64,000 nucleotides of DNA. Origin: a virus. Made by a program: the position numbers and the translations under genes. The notes under the pieces are model-generated. The model did not search any database and had not been told where the DNA came from. It saw only the letters and a program-made list of their open reading frames with translations. This document shows positions 49,702 to 58,054 of this stretch, in pieces (the first letter of the stretch is position 1; each line of letters begins with the position of its first letter). The stretch is from positions 32,920-96,919 of the IMG/VR virus record IMGVR_UViG_3300032092_003271; one strand, given 5' to 3'.

Positions 49702-50585
49702 GAACACTATTTGTAACTTGTTTATACTCAAAACTTTTTGGATCTGAGTTTGGTGGTAGAGATAGTAGAGACGGTCACTACAAAAATTCACTAAAAAGTC
49801 TTTTAAAGATGTCTGACGCTAAATTTATTTGTTATACGTCAGAAGATCAGATAAATGATTTAAAATCTTTTTTCTATAAACAAAACAAATTCAATGAGGA
49901 CCAAATCCAATTCAAAATCTTTGATTTAAAAAATTGTGAATATCATCAAAAAATTTCTGAATTAAGAAAAACTCAAAGTAATTTACTACACGATAGATGT
50001 TATGAAATACAATATTCTAAATTTTTTTGGTGTTTAAAAAATTGTGACAATTCAGATTTTGATTATGTTTTTTGGATAGATGCCGGATTATCACATAGTG
50101 GATTGATACCACCAAAATATTTAGACCAAACAAAAGGATATTGGGAAAAATATTTTGAGTCTGAATTATTTAACAACAAACTTTTAAATAATTTGATTAA
50201 ACATACTGGTGAACAGATTGTGGTGTGCGCAAAAGAAAATCAAAGAAACCATTGGTCAAAAACTTTACCAAAAAAATATTATAACAATTATAGTTTCGAT
50301 AGACATATTATTGGTGGTTTGTTCGGAGGTAAAAAAGAAAATCTAAAAAACTTTTGTAATTTATTTGACGAAAACATCAAAAATGTTTTAAACAACGAAA
50401 CTGAACTTTTCTTAGAGGAAAACATAATGAGTTTAATGTTCTTTAATAATAATGAATTATTCAATCCACTTCTATTTGACATTTGGTGGCATGAGGAAGA
50501 CTTTATACCTGGTGTTGATTTAAAAGAATTGACCTTAAAAGAAAAAAGTTTTTATAAAATTATAGAAAATCTAAATAATATATAA
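49698..50585 (+). CDS. HtrL/WlaTC-like glycosyltransferase
   Basis: VTCLY, YSKF, FWIDAG, IIGGLFGG, EE.IM. Confidence 0.6.
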   Translation: MRTLFVTCLYSKLFGSEFGGRDSRDGHYKNSLKSLLKMSDAKFICYTSEDQINDLKSFFYKQNKFNEDQIQFKIFDLKNCEYHQKISELRKTQSNLLHDRCYEIQYSKFFWCLKNCDNSDFDYVFWIDAGLSHSGLIPPKYLDQTKGYWEKYFESELFNNKLLNNLIKHTGEQIVVCAKENQRNHWSKTLPKKYYNNYSFDRHIIGGLFGGKKENLKNFCNLFDENIKNVLNNETELFLEENIMSLMFFNNNELFNPLLFDIWWHEEDFIPGVDLKELTLKEKSFYKIIENLNNI

Positions 50586-50586
50586 G

Positions 50587-52254
50587 ATGATAACATTAGT
50601 TACAGGATTATGGGACATTGGTAGGGGAGACCTATCAGAAGGATGGTCAAGATCTTTTGATCATTATTTAAGTAAATTCGAACAACTATTACAAGTAGAT
50701 TGTAATATGATAATTTTTGGTGATAGTGAGTTAGAAAAGTTTGTTAATCAAAGACGAAGTGTAACCAACACACAATTTGTATTAAGAGATTTAAATTGGT
50801 TTAGAAATAATGAATTTTATAATCAAATTCAATCAATAAGAACAAATCCAAAATGGTATAATCTTGCAGGTTGGTTAAAAGACTCAACACAGGCAAGATT
50901 AGAAATGTACAACCCATTAGTAATGTCAAAAATGTTTTTATTACATGATGCGGTATTATTAGATAAATTTAATTCTGAAAAACTATATTGGATTGATGCT
51001 GGCTTAGCAAACACTGTTCACATGGGTTACTTAACTCATGATAAAGTATTACCAAGGATTGATGATCTTTTTACTAATTTTACATTTATTTGTTTTCCAT
51101 ATGTTGCAGATAAAGAAATACATGGTTTTGATATTAATAAAATGGATATCATTACAGGAACAAGAGTCGATAAAGTTTGTAGAGGAGGATTCTTTGGGGG
51201 TCCTGTAAATCTAATAAGACAAATGAATACCCTTTATTATAATTTAATAAAATCAACATTAGAAAGAGGATTAATGGGAACGGAAGAAAGCCTGTTTTCA
51301 ATACTACTATATAACAACCCAACGATAATTGATTATGTCGAGATTGAGTCTAACGGTTTAATTTATAAATTTTTTGAGGATGTAAAGAACAATAACTTAG
51401 TTATTAAATCTTTAAAAAAAGAAAGGGTTATTAAAAATAAAACCAACGGTCAAGTTGGTTTATATGTTATAACATTTAATAGTCCAAAACAATTTGAAAC
51501 TCTTATCAATTCTATGTTACTATATGACTCTGAATTTTTAGAAAAAACTAATAAATTTTTATTAAATAACTCAACCGATCTATCGACAACACCTGAATAT
51601 ATTAAGTTATGTGAACAATATGGATTTGAACATATTAAAAAAGATAATATAGGAATTACAGGTGGTAGAGTATTTGTTGCAGATCATTTTGAAAATTCTG
51701 AAATGGAGTACTATTTGTTTTTTGAAGATGACATGTTTTTCAACATGGGTGCGGATGATGTATGTAAAAATGGGTTTAATAGAAATGTAAGACATCTATA
51801 TAGGAAAGTTCTACAAATTATGAGAAAAGAAAATTTTGATTTTCTTAAATTAAATTATACGGAATTTTACGGTAGTCATGAAAGACAATGGTCTTGGTAT
51901 AATGTAGATCAAGAGTTTAGATCAAAACATTGGCCAAACAATCAAAAACTACCAACACACGGACAAGATCCTAACTCTCCTTTTTTAGAATTTAAAAACA
52001 TAAAATCAGTCGACGGTTTACCATACGCAACAGGTGAGATTTATTTATCTAATTGGCCAATTATTTTATCAAGAGAGGGTAATTACAAGTGTTATATTGA
52101 AACTAAATTTGATCATCCTTACGAACAAACTTTAATGTCTCATTGTTATAAACAAACAATCAAAGGTAGAATTCATGCTGGTTTACTTCTCTTAACTCCA
52201 ACAGAACACAATAGGTTTGACTTCTATGATGGTAAATTGAGAAAAGAATTCTAA
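50587..52254 (+). CDS. HtrL/WlaTC-like domain + GT-A domain fusion
   Basis: TLVTGLWDIGR, YNPLVMSK, YWIDAG, RGGFFGG, TEE; C half YYLFFEDD. Confidence 0.65.
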   Translation: MITLVTGLWDIGRGDLSEGWSRSFDHYLSKFEQLLQVDCNMIIFGDSELEKFVNQRRSVTNTQFVLRDLNWFRNNEFYNQIQSIRTNPKWYNLAGWLKDSTQARLEMYNPLVMSKMFLLHDAVLLDKFNSEKLYWIDAGLANTVHMGYLTHDKVLPRIDDLFTNFTFICFPYVADKEIHGFDINKMDIITGTRVDKVCRGGFFGGPVNLIRQMNTLYYNLIKSTLERGLMGTEESLFSILLYNNPTIIDYVEIESNGLIYKFFEDVKNNNLVIKSLKKERVIKNKTNGQVGLYVITFNSPKQFETLINSMLLYDSEFLEKTNKFLLNNSTDLSTTPEYIKLCEQYGFEHIKKDNIGITGGRVFVADHFENSEMEYYLFFEDDMFFNMGADDVCKNGFNRNVRHLYRKVLQIMRKENFDFLKLNYTEFYGSHERQWSWYNVDQEFRSKHWPNNQKLPTHGQDPNSPFLEFKNIKSVDGLPYATGEIYLSNWPIILSREGNYKCYIETKFDHPYEQTLMSHCYKQTIKGRIHAGLLLLTPTEHNRFDFYDGKLRKEF

Positions 52255-52281
52255 TCGAAGTATTTATAGATAAAAGATTAG

Positions 52282-52794
52282 ATGGAGTTTTTTATCAGAA
52301 AAAATGCAACACTCCCTGTGTTGAAGATTAACGCTATTAAAGACGGAAGAAGTGACTACAATAGGTCTATGAGATTTATTGAAGATACTGATATCTTTTT
52401 TTCTATGGTGGATACAGAAACTAATATTCCTAGAATAACCTCAAGACCTGCCGGTCTCATGAAAAAAGATCCGTTAGATATTAGTACGGACGCTGAGTAT
52501 TATGTGTACTATCAATTCACACCATTTGATACAAAAAAAGTTGCAAGATATAAAGGTCAATTTTTATTTAGAAATGAAACTGGAATATTGACCCTACCTT
52601 TGAGTGAGGAAATATATATAAACGTAATTGAAAGTTTTATAATTGACGATTTTGAATTCCAAAGTTGTTATGTTGTAGATTACCCTTGTTGTTTTGGTCC
52701 CGTACCAATTCCTCCAGGACCTGTTCCACCAGGACCAACAACGACAACAACAACTATAATACCAACAACGACCACAACAAGTATTTATATTTAA
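52282..52794 (+). CDS. putative structural protein with Pro/Thr-rich tail (paralog of 52804)
   Basis: MEF.I..N..LP.LK, EYYVYY.FT..DT.KV.R..GQFLF; poly-Thr tail. Confidence 0.55.
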   Translation: MEFFIRKNATLPVLKINAIKDGRSDYNRSMRFIEDTDIFFSMVDTETNIPRITSRPAGLMKKDPLDISTDAEYYVYYQFTPFDTKKVARYKGQFLFRNETGILTLPLSEEIYINVIESFIIDDFEFQSCYVVDYPCCFGPVPIPPGPVPPGPTTTTTTIIPTTTTTSIYI

Positions 52795-52803
52795 ATAAAA
52801 TCT

Positions 52804-53646
52804 ATGGAATTTACAATAGGACAAAATTCAAGTTTACCACTACTTAAATTACAAGTAGTGAATGATGGTACACAAAATTTTGATTCAATGATGAAGTTTA
52901 TTGAGACCTCATCTGTATTTTTTTCAATGATTAGAACGGAAAATGGAATTCCAAAAATATTAACAAAAAGTGCGGGGTTTGTCGAAAAATTAGATATGGA
53001 CCCAAACGCTTCACCTGAATATTATGTTTACTATAGATTTACAACTCAAGACACTTCAAAAGTCGGAAGGTTTGAAGGTCAGTTTTTATTTATAAACGAA
53101 GAAGGTACTTTAGTTTTACCAATAAGAGAAAGTTTATATATTAATGTTATTGAAAGTTTCATTGCGAATGATTTAACTTATGATCCTTGTTATGTTTTAG
53201 AATATAAATGTTGTACAACGCCATTCCCTTCACCAACACCAACACCTACAAAAGAACCGGTAATTAGTCCAACACCAACAACAACCGCCACTCCAACACC
53301 GACAATCACTCCAACACCAACAACAACACCAAATAAACCTGTTTGTATTCACCCAAGATATGAAGAATTAATCTATTCAACAACTTTAGATGGTGATTTC
53401 ACTTCTAGTTTGGTTAGTGCATGTGCGGCATTAAATTGTTTAGAGAGTGCTAACTGTACTTATAATGGATATTATGATAGATACTTTAATATTAATGGAC
53501 CAACGGTTGGGTCATTAGCATTCGAAAACGAAACAACTTGTTACCCAACCAATGACACAGGTTATTTTATAATGTGGTTAAACGGGTCCTTCAGCGTCAT
53601 CCAATTTGTAAATGGAGTTTTACAAAATTCCCCTTGTTTATGTTGA
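52804..53646 (+). CDS. putative structural protein with Pro-Thr linker (paralog of 52282)
   Basis: same N-terminal domain, then a (PT)n tract and a Cys-containing C domain. Confidence 0.55.
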   Translation: MEFTIGQNSSLPLLKLQVVNDGTQNFDSMMKFIETSSVFFSMIRTENGIPKILTKSAGFVEKLDMDPNASPEYYVYYRFTTQDTSKVGRFEGQFLFINEEGTLVLPIRESLYINVIESFIANDLTYDPCYVLEYKCCTTPFPSPTPTPTKEPVISPTPTTTATPTPTITPTPTTTPNKPVCIHPRYEELIYSTTLDGDFTSSLVSACAALNCLESANCTYNGYYDRYFNINGPTVGSLAFENETTCYPTNDTGYFIMWLNGSFSVIQFVNGVLQNSPCLC

Positions 53647-53671
53647 TAAGATAATTCCTTTCATTTATATT
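53643..53671 (+). promoter_or_regulatory. host-type promoter of the DNA polymerase gene
   Basis: TTGATA-N17-TATATT(TA). Confidence 0.5.
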
Positions 53672-53731
53672 TATTTACGAAGGTAAATGCCGACCTAATT
53701 CGGTAGCTAATACACCAAAAGTAAAAAATAT

Positions 53732-56593
53732 ATGATATCACAAGAAGAAATTGAAAACTTCCTTGTGGGTAATGACCCTGAGGAATTTATCGTATCGGTA
53801 GAGTACGATTATGTATCTGACAAAATCTACAAAATCAAAGAAGTTCCTGGTAAAGGTAAACAAATACAACGAGACACATTAATCTCATTTGCTTGGGTTG
53901 GTGATCTACGTGGTCAAAACTTTTACTCTTCATCAAAAGGTTTACAAAAAGAAGCCATGACCAAACATGGTATTATGATTGAGAAACTTAAAACTGAAGG
54001 TAATGATCGTTTAGAACAAGGACTTACCTTTATGGTTAAATCTATGAAAGGTTATAGAAATCTAATACAATTCTTTAGAGAAGGTGGAGTTGATCCTTGG
54101 GGTGAAAAAACAAAAGACCTCATTATGGTCCTTCCCCCCGTTGAGCAATACCTCATCTCTAAAGAGAAACGACTATTTAAAGGATTTGAAGAATACAACG
54201 ACATCACGAGGATGGTATTCGACTTGGAAACGACCTCACTTGAACCTAAGGATGGTCGTATCTTCATGATTGGAATCAAAACAAACAAGGGGTATAAAAA
54301 AGTTATTGAGTGTGCAACACCAGATGATGAAAGAAGAGGACTTGTTGAGTTCTTTAATATCATCGATGATATCAAACCTTCAATCCTTTCAGGTTACAAC
54401 TCATTTAACTTCGATTGGTATTGGATCTATGAAAGATGTAAGGCACTAAACCTCGACATAAAAAAAGTTGCCAAGTCACTAAATCCTGATAAATCAATCT
54501 CAATGAAAGAGTCAATGTTGAAATTGGCAAACGAAGTTGAGAAGTTTAACCAAACACAAATGTGGGGTTATAACATTATTGATATCCTGCACTCAGTTCG
54601 TAGAGCTCAGGCGATCAACTCAAACATCAAGGAAGCCGGTTTGAAGTACATAACCAAGTATATTGAGGCAGAAGCACCTGATCGTGTTTATGTGGATCAT
54701 GATAAGATTGGATCTATGTATCGTGAGAAAGAAGAGTATTGGTTAAACATTGAAAATGGTAAGTACAAGAAGGTAGGCAATGATCCAAAAGTTGATGAGG
54801 TTTGCGGAAGACATTCTCAAGTATATATAAAAACAACTGGGGACGACATTATTGAGCGTTATCTTGACGATGACTTAGAAGAAACTCTATTGGTTGACGA
54901 AGAGTTTAACCAAGGTTCATTCTTGTTGGCATCATTACTTCCAACAACGTATGAAAGAGTCTCAACGATGGGTACTGCCACATTATGGAAAATGTTGATG
55001 TTGGCTTGGTCTTACAAACATAACTTGGCAATACCAGCTAAGAATGATAAAGGGAACTTCGTAGGAGGACTTTCTCGATTGATCCGAACAGGATACTCAA
55101 AAAACGTATTAAAACTTGACTACTCGTCTCTATATCCATCTATTCAGTTGGTACACGATGTATTCCCCGAGTGTGATGTAACAGGTGCGATGAAAGGATT
55201 ATTATCTTACTTCCGTAACACTCGTATTAAATACAAACAACTTGCTGAGGAATATGCAAGTATTGATAAAAAGAAATCAACATCTTATGACCGTAAACAA
55301 TTACCGATTAAGATCTTTATCAACTCGATGTTCGGTGCGTTATCAGCCCCACAAGTATTTCATTGGGGGGATATGGACAAAGGTGAGATGATTACTTGTA
55401 CAGGTCGTCAGTATCTTCGTATGATGATTCACTTCTTCATGGATCGTGGTTACACGCCTCTTGTAATGGATACGGATGGTATTAACTTCTCGGTTCCTGA
55501 AGGTGTGACAGAAAGACGTTATGTTGGTAAAGGTCTAAACTGGAAAGTTGTTGATGGTAAAGAGTATGTTGGTGAAGAAGCAGATGTAATGGAATTTAAT
55601 GATCTCGCAATGAGAGGTGAGATGGCACTTGACACTGATGGACAATGGCCGGCTTGTATTAACTTAGCTCGTAAAAACTACGCTTTGATTACCGCAAAAG
55701 GTAAAATCAAACTTACAGGTAACTCAATCAAATCTAAGAAAATGCCGATCTACATTGAGAAGTTCTTGGATAAAGGAATCAAGTTATTACTTGATGGTAA
55801 AGGACAAGAGTTTGTTGAGTGGTATTATGAATACGTACAAAAAATATTTGATCAGAAAATTCCTTTAATGGATATTGCAAACAAAGCAAAGATCAAACAA
55901 ACTATTGATGATTATATTGCAAGAAGTAAAACCAAAACTAAGTCAGGGGCATTAATGTCACGTCAAGCACATATGGAGTTGGCAATCAAAGACAAACTGA
56001 ATGCTAATCTTGGTGAGGTTATCTTCTATGTCAACAACGGTACAAAAGCATCTCACGGAGATGTGCAAAAAGTTAACAAACCGAAAAAAGGTTGGTCTCA
56101 AGAACATATTGATAATTACATGAGAGATTGGGGAACAACAATACCTGAAAATACAGATTCAATAATTCAGTTAAATTGTTATCGAATTGATCCGTCAGAT
56201 ATTGAAACTAACCCAACGATGACCGGTGAATATAATATTCAGAGAGCAATTGCAACTTTTAACAAACGAGTAGAACCTTTATTAGTCGTGTTCAAACAAG
56301 AAGTTAGAAACGGATTATTAGTTAAGAATCCTGAGGATAGACCATTCTTCACTAAAGATCAATGTGAATTAATTAACGGACAACCATTTGAGGAAGGTGA
56401 TCAAGATAAACTAGAAGATGTAATGGAAATTTCTGATGAAGAAATGTCTTTTTGGAATCGTGTTGGTGAAACACCTTACCACATGTATAAAGATGCGGAT
56501 CAAACTATGTGGAGATATGTACCTGAAAAAGATTTAGTCCATTTTAACTCCATCGGAAGAAAGGATATACCAAACACCGTTGACATTTTGTAA
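53732..56593 (+). CDS. family B DNA polymerase
   Basis: ExoI FDLETT, ExoII GYNSFNFD, motif A DYSSLYPS, motif B K.FINSMFG, motif C DTDG, KNYA. Confidence 0.95.
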   Translation: MISQEEIENFLVGNDPEEFIVSVEYDYVSDKIYKIKEVPGKGKQIQRDTLISFAWVGDLRGQNFYSSSKGLQKEAMTKHGIMIEKLKTEGNDRLEQGLTFMVKSMKGYRNLIQFFREGGVDPWGEKTKDLIMVLPPVEQYLISKEKRLFKGFEEYNDITRMVFDLETTSLEPKDGRIFMIGIKTNKGYKKVIECATPDDERRGLVEFFNIIDDIKPSILSGYNSFNFDWYWIYERCKALNLDIKKVAKSLNPDKSISMKESMLKLANEVEKFNQTQMWGYNIIDILHSVRRAQAINSNIKEAGLKYITKYIEAEAPDRVYVDHDKIGSMYREKEEYWLNIENGKYKKVGNDPKVDEVCGRHSQVYIKTTGDDIIERYLDDDLEETLLVDEEFNQGSFLLASLLPTTYERVSTMGTATLWKMLMLAWSYKHNLAIPAKNDKGNFVGGLSRLIRTGYSKNVLKLDYSSLYPSIQLVHDVFPECDVTGAMKGLLSYFRNTRIKYKQLAEEYASIDKKKSTSYDRKQLPIKIFINSMFGALSAPQVFHWGDMDKGEMITCTGRQYLRMMIHFFMDRGYTPLVMDTDGINFSVPEGVTERRYVGKGLNWKVVDGKEYVGEEADVMEFNDLAMRGEMALDTDGQWPACINLARKNYALITAKGKIKLTGNSIKSKKMPIYIEKFLDKGIKLLLDGKGQEFVEWYYEYVQKIFDQKIPLMDIANKAKIKQTIDDYIARSKTKTKSGALMSRQAHMELAIKDKLNANLGEVIFYVNNGTKASHGDVQKVNKPKKGWSQEHIDNYMRDWGTTIPENTDSIIQLNCYRIDPSDIETNPTMTGEYNIQRAIATFNKRVEPLLVVFKQEVRNGLLVKNPEDRPFFTKDQCELINGQPFEEGDQDKLEDVMEISDEEMSFWNRVGETPYHMYKDADQTMWRYVPEKDLVHFNSIGRKDIPNTVDIL

Positions 56594-56881
56594 CTCAACA
56601 CAAGCACCCTTACCAACTGAAATTTCGTCCCATTCTTCGTCTATTCGACCTATATCGGGAATAATCACACAGTTGGTAAGTGTTTTTATTTTAACTCGTT
56701 CTGTTGTTGTTGAATCAAGTTTTACTTTTGATTGTGCAACATCTTTTACGATTAAAAGTGTTTCACCATTTGTTTGATAAATTTCATCACTAATTACAAT
56801 AACTTCAAACGTTTCTAAATTAAATGATCTATCTCCTCTTATTACAGTTTTTCTAACTGCTTTGTTTCTTATAATTGACAT
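56534..56881 (-). CDS. small beta-rich hypothetical protein downstream of the neck gene
   Basis: follows the neck gene by 4 nt; overlaps the polymerase 3' end convergently by 60 nt. Confidence 0.55.
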   Translation of the reverse strand: MSIIRNKAVRKTVIRGDRSFNLETFEVIVISDEIYQTNGETLLIVKDVAQSKVKLDSTTTERVKIKTLTNCVIIPDIGRIDEEWDEISVGKGACVELQNVNGVWYILSSDGVKMD

Positions 56882-56885
56882 AAAA

Positions 56886-58013
56886 TTAAATTACATATAT
56901 TTGACGAGGCATGGCTCTAAACTTAAGAGTTTTGTTTAAGTTTTCAGCTAACAAAGCCTCTCTTTCCATAACTTTTTCAGGACGAAGTCTTGTTAATCTT
57001 CCTTCAGGACCGATTAATTCCTCGGCTAATTTAGTCTTTTCATCTTTACCTTCAGTACCTAATGTTGCGTAATCCATAGTTAAGTCGCCATCAGGAGTCT
57101 TTAAGTTACCACTAAATTTACCACGAACTCTTGCCAAAGTTTCTTTACAGTAAGCAATAAACCATCTACGAACCCAAACTTGAGCAGGATTATTTAGTTT
57201 GTACCAACTTATTTTATTAAATGGTACATCGGAAGGTAAAAGAACAATATCAGGATTATCCGCCAAACACTTATCTCTATCACCTTGTGAAGTATCATAA
57301 TACCAATACCAAACTTGACCTTTTGCTAATTCCGCATTACCGAAGTCAAATTTACCACCGGGAGTGTTTAAAAGATGTAATGCTTTTTTACCACCAGGAA
57401 GTGCTGTAATATAGTAAGTTAAATCACCCGCAAATATTCTTCTTTGGATGTTAACTTCTTGCATTCTTAATAATGTATCGAAGGCTGGTGTTAAATAATA
57501 ACTTCCCGCCATATTACCAATTTGTGCAAGACCTCCACCACCACCAAGTCCTGTTCCATTACCAATACCCGCAAAACCACCTAAACCAAACATTAAGTTG
57601 TTTAATGTTGATGGAGTAAACCATAATACTTCATTTATCTCACGACCCGCAGGTATCTCATAAATTTGTTGGTTAGGAACTAACTGTATGTAATCTTTTT
57701 TAATTTCCCAATCACCACCCGCTTGTAAACCAACAATTTTAGAGTATGCGTAAGTATACCTTGTTTCGAAGTCTAAACTTTTAGTGATAAAGGCTCTTGA
57801 TAAAGATTGGGTATCTAAATTTAAATTATTTAATGTGGTCCATTGAGAATCAATTAACCAATCTTGGACATACTGAGAATAATCGTCAATTGAATATTCC
57901 AATAATGTATCCATCATTTCATCTTCCAATTCTACAGATCTTAAAGGTGCACCTAACAAGTGTCTAACTTTTTGATAGAATTGACTTCTTTCTGGTTCGT
58001 CGATTATTGCCAT
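56886..58013 (-). CDS. neck/head-tail adaptor protein, T4 gp13-like
   Basis: R..LGAP...VEL.DE at N-terminus; W.RRW..A..KE.L..VRGKF.G.L..P.G...MD...L..EG..E...L.EEL at C-terminus. Confidence 0.75.
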   Translation of the reverse strand: MAIIDEPERSQFYQKVRHLLGAPLRSVELEDEMMDTLLEYSIDDYSQYVQDWLIDSQWTTLNNLNLDTQSLSRAFITKSLDFETRYTYAYSKIVGLQAGGDWEIKKDYIQLVPNQQIYEIPAGREINEVLWFTPSTLNNLMFGLGGFAGIGNGTGLGGGGGLAQIGNMAGSYYLTPAFDTLLRMQEVNIQRRIFAGDLTYYITALPGGKKALHLLNTPGGKFDFGNAELAKGQVWYWYYDTSQGDRDKCLADNPDIVLLPSDVPFNKISWYKLNNPAQVWVRRWFIAYCKETLARVRGKFSGNLKTPDGDLTMDYATLGTEGKDEKTKLAEELIGPEGRLTRLRPEKVMEREALLAENLNKTLKFRAMPRQIYVI

Positions 58014-58054
58014 AGAGTTTTTTCTCTATAAATATCTTTAATAATTAATTTGTG

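Noticed and set aside
53701-53731. preQ1-like riboswitch (GGU-AGCUAAUAC-ACC plus A-rich tail)
   Set aside because: Only a 3-bp stem, and the downstream gene is unrelated to queuosine; the alternative pseudoknot fits better
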